Source: Camelus dromedarius
Taxonomy: Eukaryota
Length of the DNA: 64,000 nucleotides
Assembly (NCBI RefSeq): GCF_036321535.1
Contig: NC_087437.1
Location: 38,814,001 to 38,878,000, forward strand
Direction: 5' to 3'
Part shown: positions 23,585 through 37,055 of the stretch, in pieces
Position numbering within the stretch: the stretch's first letter is position 1
Layout: every line of letters begins with the position of its first letter
Notes under the pieces: generated by a model
What the model saw: the letters and a program-made list of their open reading frames with translations, nothing else
Databases searched by the model: none
Told to the model about the DNA's origin: nothing
Program-made: the position numbers and the translations under genes

Positions 23585-23817
23585 TCTTTTTTTTTCCCAT
23601 TCTTTTTTTAATTGAGCTGGTTTACAATGTTTTGTCAATTTCTGGTTACAGCCTAATGTTTCAGTCATACATGTACGTACATATGTTCATTTTCATATTC
23701 TTTTCCATTATAGGTTACTGAATGGAATATTGAATAAAGTTCCCTGGGCTATACAGTAGAAACTTGTTGTTTATCTATTTTATATATAGTAGTTGATATC
23801 TGCAAATCTCGAACTCC
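23585..23817 (-). mobile_element. Short lineage-specific L1 3' end
   Basis: T-rich tail; agttccctgggctatacagtagaaacttgttgtttatctattttatatatag...tctgcaaatctcgaactcc. Confidence 0.88.
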
Positions 23818-24771
23818 TATCAAGACAATTAATCGAGGAACCGCTCATGATTAAACATGATGCGATAGCACCTGTGGCTTCTGAGACGTGAATGCAGTGA
23901 GACTGACCTCACTCTCCCTCAGATGTCAGCTCAGGAAATCCTATTTCTAGGGAGAGAATGAGGGTGCTTTTGGCTTTGTCACATCTCCCAAGAATTATGG
24001 GATTGGGAAGAGTATAACACCCTCCCCAAACTGGTTAAGATCAGACCCAGAAGCTTTGTCCAACCTCAGCCCCTAACTCTGGGCCAGATTCCCTGATAGA
24101 CACATGGTACATTTTCACTGTGTTTCACTTCCTTCAGATTCTACAGGAAGCCCTGTGGATTGTGCTGGGGACACGCCAGGGCTTAGGCTCCTAGACAGCT
24201 TCTCGGGGCCCTTTCTTCATGTCTATGCCTGAGGGCCTTTGCACAGGCTGTTCTTTTTGCCTAGAACATTCTTCTCTCCCCTACTTCCTTTTGTCTACAT
24301 TCCCTTCAGGTTTCATTTTAAATTTCCTCTGCATACTAGGTGAGTTTTTCCCAGTTATGAGCTCCTGAATACACTTCTAGCTTACTTATCATATTTATAA
24401 TTGTTAATAATTTCTAAATTATTTGACTAGTACCTTATATTCTTCCTTGGGTGCAACTAAATAGGAGGAGGTCTGAGAGGATACAGGAGAGGAATGGAGA
24501 GCTGTGCAGCTACCCCAGCATTGGGCTTCATTTTCTGTTTTAACTCTTATAACGATGCATTATAATAACCTCTGTACATGGTGCTGGCTTCTGTCAGACT
24601 GCCAGTGTCCCAGTCCTGAATACTTGTTCTCCTGCTCAAGCCCTCCTGGCATTGGCTACTCCAATACCCCAGGGGCTGACAATTTAGACTCTAGTCATCT
24701 ATTCATGAAAAGTAGTTAACTTTTCAAGCCATCACGTGCCAAATGCCAAACAAATCAGCCAGTGTGACAGA

Positions 24772-25184
24772 TCGGTACTGTCCATTCTGGTGGCCTCTAG
24801 CCACATGCTGCTGTCAAGCATCTGAAATGTGGCTATTCTGCCTTGAGATGTGCTGTAACTATGAAATACACCCTGGATTTTGAAGACTTCAAATGAAAAA
24901 AAAAGAATGTAAAACATCTCATTAATAATTCTAATATTAATTTCATGTTTAAATAATATTTTGGTTATATTCAATAAAATAAGATCTAAAACCCATTTCA
25001 TCTATCTCTTGTTATGGTTTTTTTCCCCCTTAACAAAGGCACTGGGATCGAACCCAGGACCTTGTGTATGCCAAGCACTAGAGCTACACTCTTTTTTCTT
25101 TTATAATACGGCTACTGAAGTTTTAAAATTTGATATGTGGCTCACACTGGTGGCATACACTATATTTCTATTTGACAACTGCTG
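24772..25184 (-). mobile_element. MER33 hAT-Charlie element interrupted by a SINE fragment
   Basis: ctgtccattctggtggcctctagccacatg...tgagatgtgctgtaactatgaaatacac...tatatttctatttgacaactgctg. Confidence 0.85.
25014..25091 (-). mobile_element. Camelid-type tRNA-derived SINE fragment
   Basis: actgggatcgaacccaggaccttgtgtatgccaagcac (B-box reverse complement). Confidence 0.7.
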
Positions 25185-26388
25185 TAGAATTTCAGAGAAG
25201 TATTCTTTCTGGGTAATGCTCAGTAATTCTGATGAGCTCAAAGTGAGGAAAATGCGATCAATGGAAAGAGTTGGGGAAGGCTAGATCCAAAGTCATAAGT
25301 GCCTGAGCCTTCATAGGAGACATTGCATCGCCTATATGTCCAGGAGTGAGGGCTCTCATCCAGAAGTAGCTTTCTGTAAAGTTTTTGAGTAAACACAGCA
25401 AACCCTAGAGTACGTAGGAAAGGAAGAATGTGAAAGACTTGTGGCATGGCTTAATGTTCCAGAATAAAGAAGAATGTTTATCTTGAGTGGCTACAAGTAG
25501 CAGTCAAGGTGAGAGGCTTGAAGAGAGGTGACTGAAGCGTTGAAAGACAGAGGAATGACAAAGAGTAGCAAGACTAGAGAAGTTGAATTGCAAGGGCAAA
25601 TGCTGCAAGGACCACAAGTTGGTCAGAGTGACTCTACTTAGGTGGGTCAGAGAAAGTGGCTTAGGACTAAGTGTCTTGTAGCTTCCTTTCTATTTGGCAT
25701 TAGATGTGTGGCGTGGACCAGACCTTAAAGCTCAAAGGTTGCATGGAAGATGTGACAGTAGTGGACTGTGTATGGCCTTCAATGCTAGACTACATGCATT
25801 TGATATAACACGAGGGAATTTGAAGGGTTTGGCTAGGAGAATGTCAAGTGATGTAAAGAACCTTTCACAAAGACTCATCTGGAGGTAACATGAATGGATC
25901 TATCAAGGAGGGGCTGGAGGGTGGGAGACAAACTAAAGATTTCAAAGTTTTATGTAATAGTCAAGCAGGGCAATTGGGGTAGGAGAGAGGAGGACTATGA
26001 GGTCAATTACAGAGAAGGTTACAAAGGGTAGGGAGAGGATATGTGTTGGAAACAGAATTAAAGAACCAAAGAAGGTTCCAAGGTCTTGCACCTGATTTAT
26101 TAGAAGAACACAGAAACATGGAAGTCAGGAGATTTTTTAAATGGAAAAGCATTATTAAACAAGTCGATTTTGAGGTACTTGCAGGACATTCAAGTGGAGA
26201 TACGCCGTGGACAGTTGGAAATACAGCCCAGGGTGAAGAGCAGGAGCTGAACATTTGGAAAGCATCTACACAGAAAAATACAGTGCGAATGGGTGGGTCA
26301 CAGTGAAAGAGAAGTAGCAGAGGGCCTGAAGGAAGAGCTATAATTATGGAGGCAGAGAGTGAGAGAGGCCAAGAAGGGACTCAAAAAA

Positions 26389-26614
26389 GGGATTGGCAGA
26401 TGCACATGCTATATATAAAACAGAGAGACAACAGGGCCCTACTGCATAATGCAGGGAACTATATTCAGTACCTTGTAGTAACCTATAATGAAAAATAATC
26501 TATATATAAATATATGTGTGTGTGTTGTGTGTATAACTGAATCACAGTGCTGTACACCAGAGACTAACACAACATTGTAAATCGACTATACTTCAATTAA
26601 AAAAAAAAAAAAAA
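26389..26614 (+). mobile_element. Short cetartiodactyl-type L1 3' end with poly(A)
   Basis: gggattggcagatgcac...gcagggaactatattcagta...aacattgtaaatcgactatacttcaatt(a)n. Confidence 0.9.
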
Positions 26615-26984
26615 GATGGCCAAGACAAGGTAGTGTCACAGAAAGCAGAGGCTGGAGCTGGTCAGACTTGAAGGACAATCAGCCCTGAGATGGCCGCTGA
26701 CGTGTGCCCATCATTGTGGGGAGTTCAGTTTCAACTGAGTGCAGGGGGCATATCTGGCAGAAAATTTTAATGGTAGCCTGCAGACATCTCTAATTCTCTT
26801 TCTCAAATTATTGTAAATACATCCATGAATTTATCCAATTCCTTCATAGACCGACTTAATTATTTCTTCCCACAAAGATCTGAGGGAACTCCCTCTCCAT
26901 GACTTGAATATATACCATCTTTGCAGGACATTCGAAGACAATATGCATTAAAGGAAATAAGTTTGACAACCAAATGAGATCAGG

Positions 26985-27120
26985 ATCGGAGCTCTGGAGA
27001 CTAGGTTCTCGTCTCAGATTTGTCATTAATTAGCTCTGTGATCTTGGGTAAGCTGCTTAATTTCTCTGGGCCTAAATCTCCTCATTTATAACAGGGTGAG
27101 TTTGAGCTATGTGCTGTATT
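26985..27120 (+). mobile_element. MIR SINE
   Basis: tagctctgtgatcttgggtaagctgcttaatttctctgggcctaaatctcctcattt. Confidence 0.75.
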
Positions 27121-27468
27121 TAGCATTTTCTAGATTTGTCTTTAATTTGTCTCTTCATAGATTAGTTTTTGATTATAAAATTTTAAAGGCAAACATTCTC
27201 TGTTAGAAGAATTTTTAAATTGGGCATGTTTCTCAATATTATCAGAGCTTTCTCAATAAACCACTAGCTAACTATGTGTATTACACTCCTTATCTCTGTT
27301 CTTCATGTGAGGTGGAGAAGCAGCTTATTTTGATAATCATTTTAGTGCCCAGAAGGGGTGACACATTAGAATAAAGAAATAGCATAAAGTCTAGAAAAAT
27401 AAATTTAAATGCTACACAGTTTACAAAGCATGTCATAAGGAAATTCTTCATATTGGTTGTAGCAGTAC

Positions 27469-28574
27469 CTGAAAATACTGAAGATACAGAGTTAAAACTA
27501 GAGGGCTGAAATGTTGTAACAGGATGTGGAAGAGAAGCAAGACATGATATTAATGGAAGTTTACTATTTTTAGCACTTGCTTGGGGCACAGTCATGTCTC
27601 TCAACAATATAAAGAAGTTGGTAAAATATTATTAACTTCTCAATCTAGTACTATGTGAATGAATTGCCTATTCAAAAATGAAACTAAGAACAAGGAAAAA
27701 AATGGTAAAATTAGTATGGTTTATTTTTAACTTTTGATTAACTGATACATCTTTTCCAGTTGGTTATGTAAACACTGTTCTTAGAAGATTTTTTTGAAAT
27801 TATAAATCTACTTTTTAAAATACATATTTTGAAGATTGGCTTCAAGAAATCAAAATAAAAATTAGTAGCTTATATGACAGTGGGGATGATGGAACCATAG
27901 CTCATCCACATTTGTGTGAGTCGTGAAGACCTTGCTGAGCGCACAATTATATAACTACTTCCCAGATGACTGGCTTCATGAAGTTCTTCCAAGATTCTGT
28001 GGCAATTCTGGGTTTCTGTCATCATTGTTCCACAGTTAAGAAGGTGTGGTTTTTCAAGAGTTTTTCCCTTTGATCCATTTGATGTGCAGAATGTTCTTAA
28101 TATTCTCCACCCTCAAAACAGCTTCCCACCCAATTATTTTTTTATTACAAAAAAAGTAACATTTGAGAAATCTCTCCATGATTGAAATGTTAAAACTATG
28201 TCTGTGTTCAGTATGAACATGATGGCTGTGCATGTTCCAGTCAATATTTCTGTTTTAAAATTTGGTGGATGCTTAATGCATTCAGTGGATGCTACTGACT
28301 GCATTAATGTAGTCCATTTACAGAATTGCTGCACATTATAGTAAATGTATCAATATTAGTTAACAGATAAATCCTCCAAATCCTCCAAATGAGAAAGTTG
28401 AGGTCCCCTTTGTAACATTGCAAAAGAACATTTCTCTCAAGAGTCATAATGACTTCAAATAATTTTAAAAGTATATCTGTTTTTTGTTTCCAGTTTATAT
28501 AGAAAAATTGGTTGATTCCTTATAACTTGTAAGTTGAATGGGAAGTTTCCTCTACTTAGGTTGAGAATTGATTT
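27469..28574 (-). pseudogene. Candidate large exon remnant (28574 to about 27748) plus exon 27667-27469
   Basis: Acceptors tttaatgttttctcag| (28574) and tttttttccttgttcttagtttcatttttgaatag| (27667). The second block reads AIHSHSTRLRS**YFTNFFILLRDMTVPQASAKNSKLPLISCLASLPHPVTTFQPSSFNSVSSVFS then g|gtactg. The large block has many stops. Confidence 0.4.
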
Positions 28575-30254
28575 CTGAGAAAACATTAAATCTGTTAGAT
28601 TTGCTTTTGTGTATTTGAAACATGGCTCTTAATGTTACATGGGATTTTAGTAAGGAATAGAGTTGTCATGCCAAATCCCACTTCTGTAATGACAACATGC
28701 AGGGGCAAGAAGTCATATGCAGTTATATTTGATTAGCTCTAGAGTGTGGAGGTTCATGACCACAAATAGTTATTTCTTAATACTATAAATGGAAATACAG
28801 AGTGGGCATACCTTCTAAAATACTACGTGTTACAGTAAAGTATGGTTTATTAGTCACTCTGTGAATCTGGCATTTCTTTTAATAATGGCATTTGTGTTTT
28901 GGCAGTAACAAGTTAAATTTTATTAAATGATGTTTATTATTGTGACCCTGAAAATATATAAGATTTTAAAATACCCCTGACTTATCAAAGAAAGATTAAA
29001 TTATATTTTCCAAGTCGCTTCAGTATTCAGAAAATTTTAATTCTTTGAAAATATTTACTCTATGTATAATATAGACAATAATCCTCTATTTATTAGAATA
29101 TCTAATTCCTAGACTATGTTGAAAAAAAAAACCCTTGGAATTGCAGTCATTTTCCATTTTAAGTACTTCTTTAGAGCATGTTGAAATTCCTGACATACTA
29201 ATTGTTACAAAATGTGACTAACTTATTTTCCTTTTATTCATATATTCTGTGGAAAACATAAAGTGAAGAGATTTGAATAGTTTTCTATTCAAAACCCAAA
29301 ATGGTGAAACACTGTCAAGTTATTTGATTTCGTTAAGAGTATCATTATTAGGAACCTTCTTTCTCCTACCACAGGAGTTTATAATTGAGTAAGAAATAAT
29401 TGGACTTTTCTACGTGTGAAAAATAGACTCTCTGAAAATCTTGACTAGGGCCGAGGGTATTTTTTTTTTCTATATAGTTAAAAGCAAGAGGAACATGTAA
29501 GGTCCAGCATTAACAGTAAGTAATGTGATCAGTGAATGTATATAAATCAGAATATGAGAAGGATCTTGTCCCATAATGAGAGAGAGATTAAACCAATAGA
29601 CCAGGTGCTCTATTCTGTTTTGCTTAGAAATTAGTAAGTAAATAGGTTCAACTGTAGGTTAACTAAACTCTGGGTGTTAAATCAACCACTTTCAAGCCCC
29701 TGAATTCATTTTTCCCACGGGGTTAACCTCCTTCACTTAACCCGGGCTCAGAGGCCCAATGGAATTTACACTAATCGAAACAGCGCTGGCAAGCTACCCC
29801 CTCAAAAAATAAAAAAATTAAAAATAAATAAAACCAGCCTGTTTCAATACAGGAAGAAGTCAGGCGCAGACTTCAAGTTACCAGTGAGTTACCATTTGCA
29901 CCGCCCAGCAGGGCAGACCTTCTCCAAATATACCTTAAAACAAAAGAAGGGACGTCGCATACCATATTGCACCCGGCTGGAATCCAGGGGAGATGCCAGC
30001 CAAGCTGACAGGACTGGTAACAAGCCTGACTAACTTGTTTGGGTCCCAGGATTTACTCTTTCAGTGAAAAAAAAAAAAAAAAAACTATTAAAAGGTGGAA
30101 TGTATCTGTGGCACAATTTCAGCTGTCTTATGTGTTCCTTCCTATTTTGTCCTGGTTTATGATGTATTATATGACCCTAGACTTGAGAAAGCTCAGATCT
30201 GGAGATCCTTTCAAAGTTTGTTTCAGGAGATGAGAGTACCTAGAGTCATAGCCA

Positions 30255-30440
30255 TTCACTAGTAGTAGGTTCAGATCCCAGATCTGCCAAGTGTACGTGT
30301 GGCAAGTGTAACCGTCCCATTCCATGTTTCTCATCTGTAAAGTGAGATTTGTAACACCTTCCCTGCAGAATGCTACTGGATGTTTAAAACCCAAATGTAC
30401 TTGAAGCACTTGGCACATAGGGACTCAATAATGGTTGTTG
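30255..30440 (+). mobile_element. MIR SINE
   Basis: ggttcagatcccagatctgcca...tttctcatctgtaaagtgag...gcacttggcacatagggactcaataa. Confidence 0.75.
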
Positions 30441-32107
30441 TGAATCTCTTTTTTCCTTTTCTTTCTTCTTCTTAAGGTAGCACAAGGCTACTAATAATGT
30501 CAGATTTTCTGCTTTGGTGCTGTTTAATTTCATCTCTTTGATTCTTTTTTTCCTCATTCTCTGAAACTGAGCCCTTTGCTTGCTATTAAATTATATTTTA
30601 GTATCAGGAAATGAGCTTTCATTTTATTATTAAAAGAAAAGTGTTTTTGTGTGTGTGTGTGCTGATACTTATGCTGTACTGAGCATCAATTCATATATTC
30701 TGGCCAGAGTTTCTTTTTATCATGGATCTTAATCCCTGCATTTTACCTTTTCTGAAATGGTAAAATGTTGCAATGTTTTCAGTGTTGCAATGGGGCTGTG
30801 GTGAGGTAATACGGTAGAGAATGATGGTACTGGAAATTGACAAGTTAAGTTTTCTTCTCTCTTCTGATCTTTTCTTAATGTGTGGATTTATTTGCTTTCT
30901 TAACTGAATTTAAGGGAAAATATTTTCTCTCTAATGTTTCTAAGAAGAAAAAAATCAGGATTTTAGATCTCAAAGGGATTAAGATTTAAGTACAATGCAT
31001 TTCAATCTCTTCCTTTTATAAATGTTGAAAATGAGTTACATGGTGGTTAAATATGTATTTAATAATAAATAAATTCTTAAGAATTCAACAAATATTTATT
31101 GAGTCTGTCACCTGCCAGACTCTGCAAAGTGGGATGGCAATGCAAAGACACATAAAGCACGCTCTCTGGGAGCCCAATGGAGGAGACAGACAAGTGCACA
31201 GAATTTATAGGTGCCATGATACAGCCAAAAATATACTGTGTATGATAGAGCACAGAGGGAAAAAAGAGACTGGGATGGGAATCAGGAAAGACATTATCAC
31301 AGACATAGTATTGAAGCTGAAAGATCAATAGTATTGACCAAAGGTACTGGAATTTGAGCCTTTTTATTTGCAGCTGGGTCAATGAATGTCATCAGTCAGG
31401 GACACAAATTATTCAGAGAAAGGCGATATTCAGAGGAGTGGGTCTCAAAGTTGACTTCGCATGCAATCACCTGGAGAACTTTTAGAGTGCCTATTTGGCG
31501 TCCACCTCCAGAGTTTTGTTTTTAATCTTAAATAGTTTTACTGGAACAACAATTGCACTATAAGCACCAAAGCAAGAACTGATTTGGTTCATCTGAGAGG
31601 AGATCTGGACGTTAGTATTTCTGTTTGTTTGTTTGTGTTCTGCCAGTGGTTCCAGTGTCCACACAAGGCTATTACAGCTCTTCTGTGCCTGGTTTTCCTC
31701 TTTACTGTTTGTATCTTCTGACCACTTCATCTGGTCCCTGACCCAGCTTTCTGCCCTGGACTTCAGACCCAGTCTTGTGAGGAATCACAGCTTGTACTTC
31801 TTGGATCCTAAACTAAATCTGGCAGTAAAGGCCCTATTCATGTAATCCCCGTGAGTATGGAGTGCTCTGTCCGTAAATCCCTGCATTTTGGGGCCAGAGC
31901 CAGCTTACAGTTAGAGAAGTTAGCATTAGAGCTGCTTGAGAGAAAAGCCTCTCGATCTCTAGCTAGTCTATAGCCCTACCGAAGGATAAGAGGTCATCAT
32001 TTTCTCCCTCAAAGTAAATAAAATGTCAAAGGATTTTCTTTTACAGATTTTTAAATTGAGGTAGCATTGGTTTAAACATTATGTAAGTTTCATGTGTACA
32101 GCATTAT

Positions 32108-32231
32108 TTTTATTTTAATTTTGGGGAGGTAATTAGGTTCATTTATTTATTTTTAAAGGAGGTACTCAGGATTGAACCCAGGACCTCCTGCATGCTAAAC
32201 ATGTGCTCTGCCACTGAGCTGTACCCTCCTC
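32108..32231 (-). mobile_element. Camelid-type tRNA-derived SINE (vic-1-like) nested in L1 3'UTR
   Basis: Minus strand ggagggtacagctcagtggcagagc...ggtcctgggttcaatcc (A and B boxes). TSD cagcattat 32099-32107 / caacattat 32232-32240. Confidence 0.88.
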
Positions 32232-32590
32232 CAACATTATGTTTAGACTTCTGTATGCACTACATTGTACTTACCACCAAAAGCTTTGTTTCCATCTGTC
32301 ACAATATAGTAGATCCCTTTACCCATTTCACCCTCCCCTACCATGCTCCTTCCCCTCTGGTAACCACTGTCTGTTCTCCATATCTATGTGTTTGCTTTTT
32401 GTTTTGTTTTGCTGCTTCATTTAGTTATTTTTATATTCCACAAATGAATGAAATCATTCTGTATTTGTCTTTCTCCATCTGACTTACTTCATTTAACATA
32501 ATACCCTCAAGGTCCAACCATGTTGCTGCAAATGGCAAGATTTTATCTTTTTTAATGGCTGAGTAGCATTCCATTGTGTGTGTATACACC

Positions 32591-32591
<1 letters not shown>

Positions 32592-32638
<47 letters not shown>
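32592..32638 (+). repeat. (CA)n microsatellite, about 23 units
   Basis: Uninterrupted AC run inside the L1. Confidence 0.97.
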
Positions 32639-32639
<1 letters not shown>

Positions 32640-35600
32640 CTTCTTTATCCATTTGACCACTGATAGGCACTTTGGTTGTTTCCATATCTTGGCCATTGTA
32701 AACAGTGCTGCAATGAACATAGAGATGCATACATCTTTTCAAACTAGTGTTTTCATATTCTTTGAAATAAATACCCCAAAGTGGACTAACTGGATCGTAT
32801 GGTAGTTGTATTCTTAATTTTTTGAGAAATCTCCACACTATTTTCCATAGTGGCTGGACCAATTTGCATTCCCACCAACAGTGTATGAGGGCTCCTTTTA
32901 GATTACTCTTTCAATCTCCTTACTAATTATTGAACTATTCAGATTTTCTGTTTCTTCAGGAGTCAGTCTTCAGAGGTTGGTTGATTGTAAGAATTCATCC
33001 ATTTCTTCTAGGTTGTCCAGTTGGTTGGCGTATAGCTGTTCATAGTATTTCTCTTACACCCTTTTGTATTTCTGTGGAATCTTTTGTAATTTTTCCTCTT
33101 CCACTCTGATTTTGTTTGCCTAAGCTTTGCCTCTTTTTTTACTTAGTGAGTCTAGCTAAAGCTTTGACAATTTTTTTTTTCAGAGAACCAGCTTTGAGTT
33201 TCATTGATGTTTTCTATTGTCTTTTTAGACTCTATTTCATTTATTTCCATTTGATTTTTATTATTTCCTTTCTTCTACTGGCACTGAGCTTCACTTGTTC
33301 TTCTTTTTCTGGTTCCTCTAGTTGTAAGGTTAGATTATTTATGTGAGATTTTTCTTTTTTTTTTGAGTTTGGCCTGTTGCTATAAACTTCCCTTTTAGTA
33401 CAACTTTTGCTGCATCCCATAGATTTTGGTATATTGTGTTTTCATTTTTATTTGTCTTCAGGTATTTTTTCTTTATTTCTCTTTTGATTTCTTCATTGAC
33501 CCAGTAACTGTTCAGTAGCATGTTGTTTAGTCTCCACGTATTTTCCAGCTTTCTTCTTGCAGTTGATTTCTAGTTTCACACCATTGCGATCAGAAACAAT
33601 GCTTGATATGATTTCAATCTCATTTAATTTCAGACTTGTTTTGTGTCCCAACATATGGTTTATTCTTGAGAAAGTTCCATGAGAGGTATGCATATTTTGC
33701 TGCATTTGGGTGGGATGTTCTGTATAAATCTATTAAGGCCATCTGTTATAATGTTTCACATAAGGCTACTGTCTTCTTGTTGACTTTCTGTCTGGATGAT
33801 CTATCCATTGATGTAGGTGAGGAGTTAAAGTCCTCTGTTATTACTGTGTTGCTGTCAATTTCTCCGTTTATCTGTTAATAATTGCTTTATATATTTTTGG
33901 TGCTCTCATGTTAGGTATATATGTATTAATAAATTTAATGTTTTCTTGGTGGATTGTCCCCTCTGTCATTGTATAATGTCCACATTTGTCTCTTGTTACC
34001 TGTTTTGGCTTGACATTTATTTTGTCTGGTGTGAGTATGACTATACGTGTTCTTTTGGCTGCCATTTGCTTGGAGTATTGTCCTCACATCTTAGGCTATG
34101 TTTGTGTTTAAAGCTGAGATGCATCTCCTGGAGCCAACATACATTGGGTCTCGTGTTTAATCCATCCAGTCACTCTGTGTCTTTTGATGGTGAATTCAAT
34201 CCATTTACATGTAGGGTGATTATTGATAAATGAGGACTTAGTGTCATTTTATCTTTTGTTTTCTGGTTGTTCTACATGTCCGTTGTCTCTTTTTCCTTGT
34301 GTTTCTGCCATTTTAGTTTGGTGGTTTTCTATGATCTTTGTCTCACTTTACTCTTTTTATATTTTGTTCCTCTGCTCTAGATTCATGTTTTGTGGTTACT
34401 GTAAGGTTTGTATAAAACATCCATAGATAAAATAGTCCTTTTTCTGCAGATAACATCTTATTGTCATTTGGCAAATAGGCTCTATCTTTTAACTTTCCCC
34501 CTTTTCAGCTTTTGTTGTCTCAAATGATCCCTTTTTATATTGCAAGCTCATTACCAAATTAAAGTAGCTATGTTATTTTTACTGCCTCTCTCCTTTTAAC
34601 TTTTATGCTATCATTATGTGTTTAATGATCTTTTCTGATATAGAGTTACAATTTCCTGATTCTATCTATTTATTACCTTACTCATAGTTTTGTGTACTTT
34701 TTGCCTTTTCATTTCAGGCAGAAGAGCTCCTTTCAACCTTTCTTGTAAGGCAGGTCTAGTGGTGATGAGCTCCCTCAGCTTTTGTTTGTCTGAGAAAGGC
34801 TTTATTTCTCCTTTATATCTGAAGGACAACTTTGCTGGAATAGAGTATTCTTGGCTGATAGTTTTTATCTTTTAATATTTGAATATGTCATTCCACTCTT
34901 TTCTGGCATGTAGACTTTCTGCTGAGAAATATGCTAATAGCCTAATGCAGGTTCCTTTTGTAGCTTAGTGCCTTTTCCCCCCTGGCTGGAAAGTCTGTAT
35001 CGATGACTTTTGACAGCTTAAATAGAATATGTCTTGGAGAAGGTATTTTTGCATTCAGAAAATTAGGTGGTCTCTTAGCTTCATGGACTTGTCTATGTAG
35101 TTCATCCCCCAGGTTTGGGAAGTTGGTAACTGTTATTTCTTTAAATAAACTCTGCTCCTTTCCCCTTCTCTTCCCCTTCTGGGATTCCTGTTATCTTTAA
35201 GCTGCCTTTTCTAATGGAGTCAGATAGTTCTCATAGAATTTCATTTTTAAAAAATCTTAGTTCTCTCTCCTCTTCTATGTGAGTCATTTCTGTATTTCTA
35301 TCTTCAAGCTCACTAATTCTCTTCCATATGATTGCTCTATTTCCAGTGCTTTCTGATGCATTCTTCATCTCATTTATTGGGTTCGTCAGTTCCAGAAATT
35401 CTGCTTATTTTTTAAGAATTCACTCTGGTAAAATGTTCTTTCTGTTAATTAATGTTATTCCTGAGCTCACTGAATTGCCTTTGTTAGTTTTCCTGTAGTT
35501 CACTGAGTTTCTTCATGACAGCTATTTTGAATTTTCTTTCAGTTACATCACAATGTTACCTGACTCTAAGTTTGATTTTTGGAGAATTGTCATTTTCCTT

Positions 35601-36677
35601 TTGTGATACCATGTTACCATGGTTTTTTCACAGTGCTTGGTGACTTGTCCCTCTGCTGGCGCATTTGGAGCAGCAAACACCTTTTTTATTTAGGTAAAGC
35701 TTTTTAAACTTTGATTCTAACAACGCAACAGATTGGTAATTAAAGACCTTTCATTTGTTTTTCAATGGGTGGCATAAAGCACAAGTTTTTGGTTTCTCTT
35801 AGCTGAGCTGCCTCTAGCTATATTAGAGAATTGGCATTTTCCACCTTCCATTTTCTCTGCCAGAAGTGTCGCTGGTGCCCTCATCCTCACTGCCTGTGCC
35901 TCTGGTGTCACTGGTGCCTTGCTGCTGCCAGTGTCATTGCTGTTGCTGCTGTCCCTGGCATTGCCACTGGGGGAACTGGGATGGTAGGTGCCTCTGCTAC
36001 ATCCAGGGTCACCTAGGTCATGGGCACTGAAGCCATGATGAGGGGAGGAGGAGGTGGGAGGAAGAGTCGGAGTCACAGGTATCTCCACCACGGCTGGAGT
36101 TGTTGGGCTCAGGGGTGCTCCTGGAGGTGGCGAGGTGACCAGAGTCGTGAGTGCTGCTGCAGCTGGAGGGCCGGGTCATGGGCTCTCCTGCTTCCACTGC
36201 CCAGCTCCCTGTGCTCACAGGTTTGGATGCATCCAGGAGGCTGGAGTAGTGTGTGCATCCTTCCCAGCTGCTACTAGGTTCTCTGAGGCTGCAGGCTCAG
36301 CCACTGTGGTCAGGGGGTTGCGACTGTGGGCACTGCCTCCACTGGCCCCCTGGTTCTCCCTCCTGCGTGCATTCCAGTCCACCTGCCTGCACATAGGCAG
36401 ATGTGTGGATCTCTCTGGTATCCTGGTGTGCTGGGCAGAGGGACCTCTGTTGAGTTCTGCATCTTCTACTGATTGTAGATTGAAGGGGAGAAACAAAAGT
36501 TTTTCATGCCACATGGCGCTGACAGACATCAGTTTCTTTATAGTTTTGATGGCCTGATTTCCAAGCTTCCTGTAATACCTGGATTCAGTGAGAGAGGAGT
36601 CGAAAATCTTTGTAGATGAGGCAAAAGTTGAACACATTTTACTGAGACACTACGAACCAAGTACAAAGCAGAGATTG

Positions 36678-36854
36678 CCTGTTTCCCAAAGCATTGCCCA
36701 CATCAGAAGTACCTGGGGAAGCTAAATACAATTTAGTTCCTGGCTCCTTCTCTAATCCTATTGAATAAGAATCTCTAGAGACAGACCCCAGAAGGTTAAC
36801 GTCTTAACACTCACCAGATGTAATTCTGATGGGCATCAGGTGGGAGAATGACTG
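36678..36854 (+). mobile_element. MER5-family hAT-Charlie MITE
   Basis: gtttcccaaa...catcagaagtacctggggaagct...ttgaataagaatctct...gggagaatgactg. Confidence 0.7.
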
Positions 36855-37055
36855 AACAAGGGTGTTATTTTATCTGAAATAATTTTTGTAATCTGGAACA
36901 TCTGTTTTTCATTATGCTTCACTGATTCTTATTTCAATTTATTATATCTGAAGGAAAATGTGTCATATGCAGTCAACAGAACACTATAAATAACAGTAAA
37001 ACAGGAAGTGCATTTCAAATATTTGAGCAGGCAAATATGTTGCTTATTTTTGTAC

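Larger units (their letters stand above)
32048..36530 (-). mobile_element. L1 with 5'UTR, ORF1, endonuclease region and 3' end; RT domain deleted
   Basis: 3'UTR and ORF2 C-terminus 32048-32898 ([23 protein letters not shown]). EN/linker about 32899-34230 (ENTIYQNLWDAAKVVLKGKFIA). ORF1 about 34690-35600. GC-rich 5'UTR to about 36530. Confidence 0.9.

Noticed and set aside
28662..28696. Inverted repeat gttgtcat...atgacaac resembling split X-box halves
   Set aside because: Only 8 bp with a ~19-nt spacer; wrong spacing for an RFX site and plausible by chance.
32108..32231. tRNA-like A/B boxes
   Set aside because: SINE with A-rich tail and TSD, not a tRNA gene.
35762..36637. Overlapping 109-167 aa ORFs
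   Set aside because: They lie in the GC-rich L1 5'UTR, where stops are rare; no recognisable protein.
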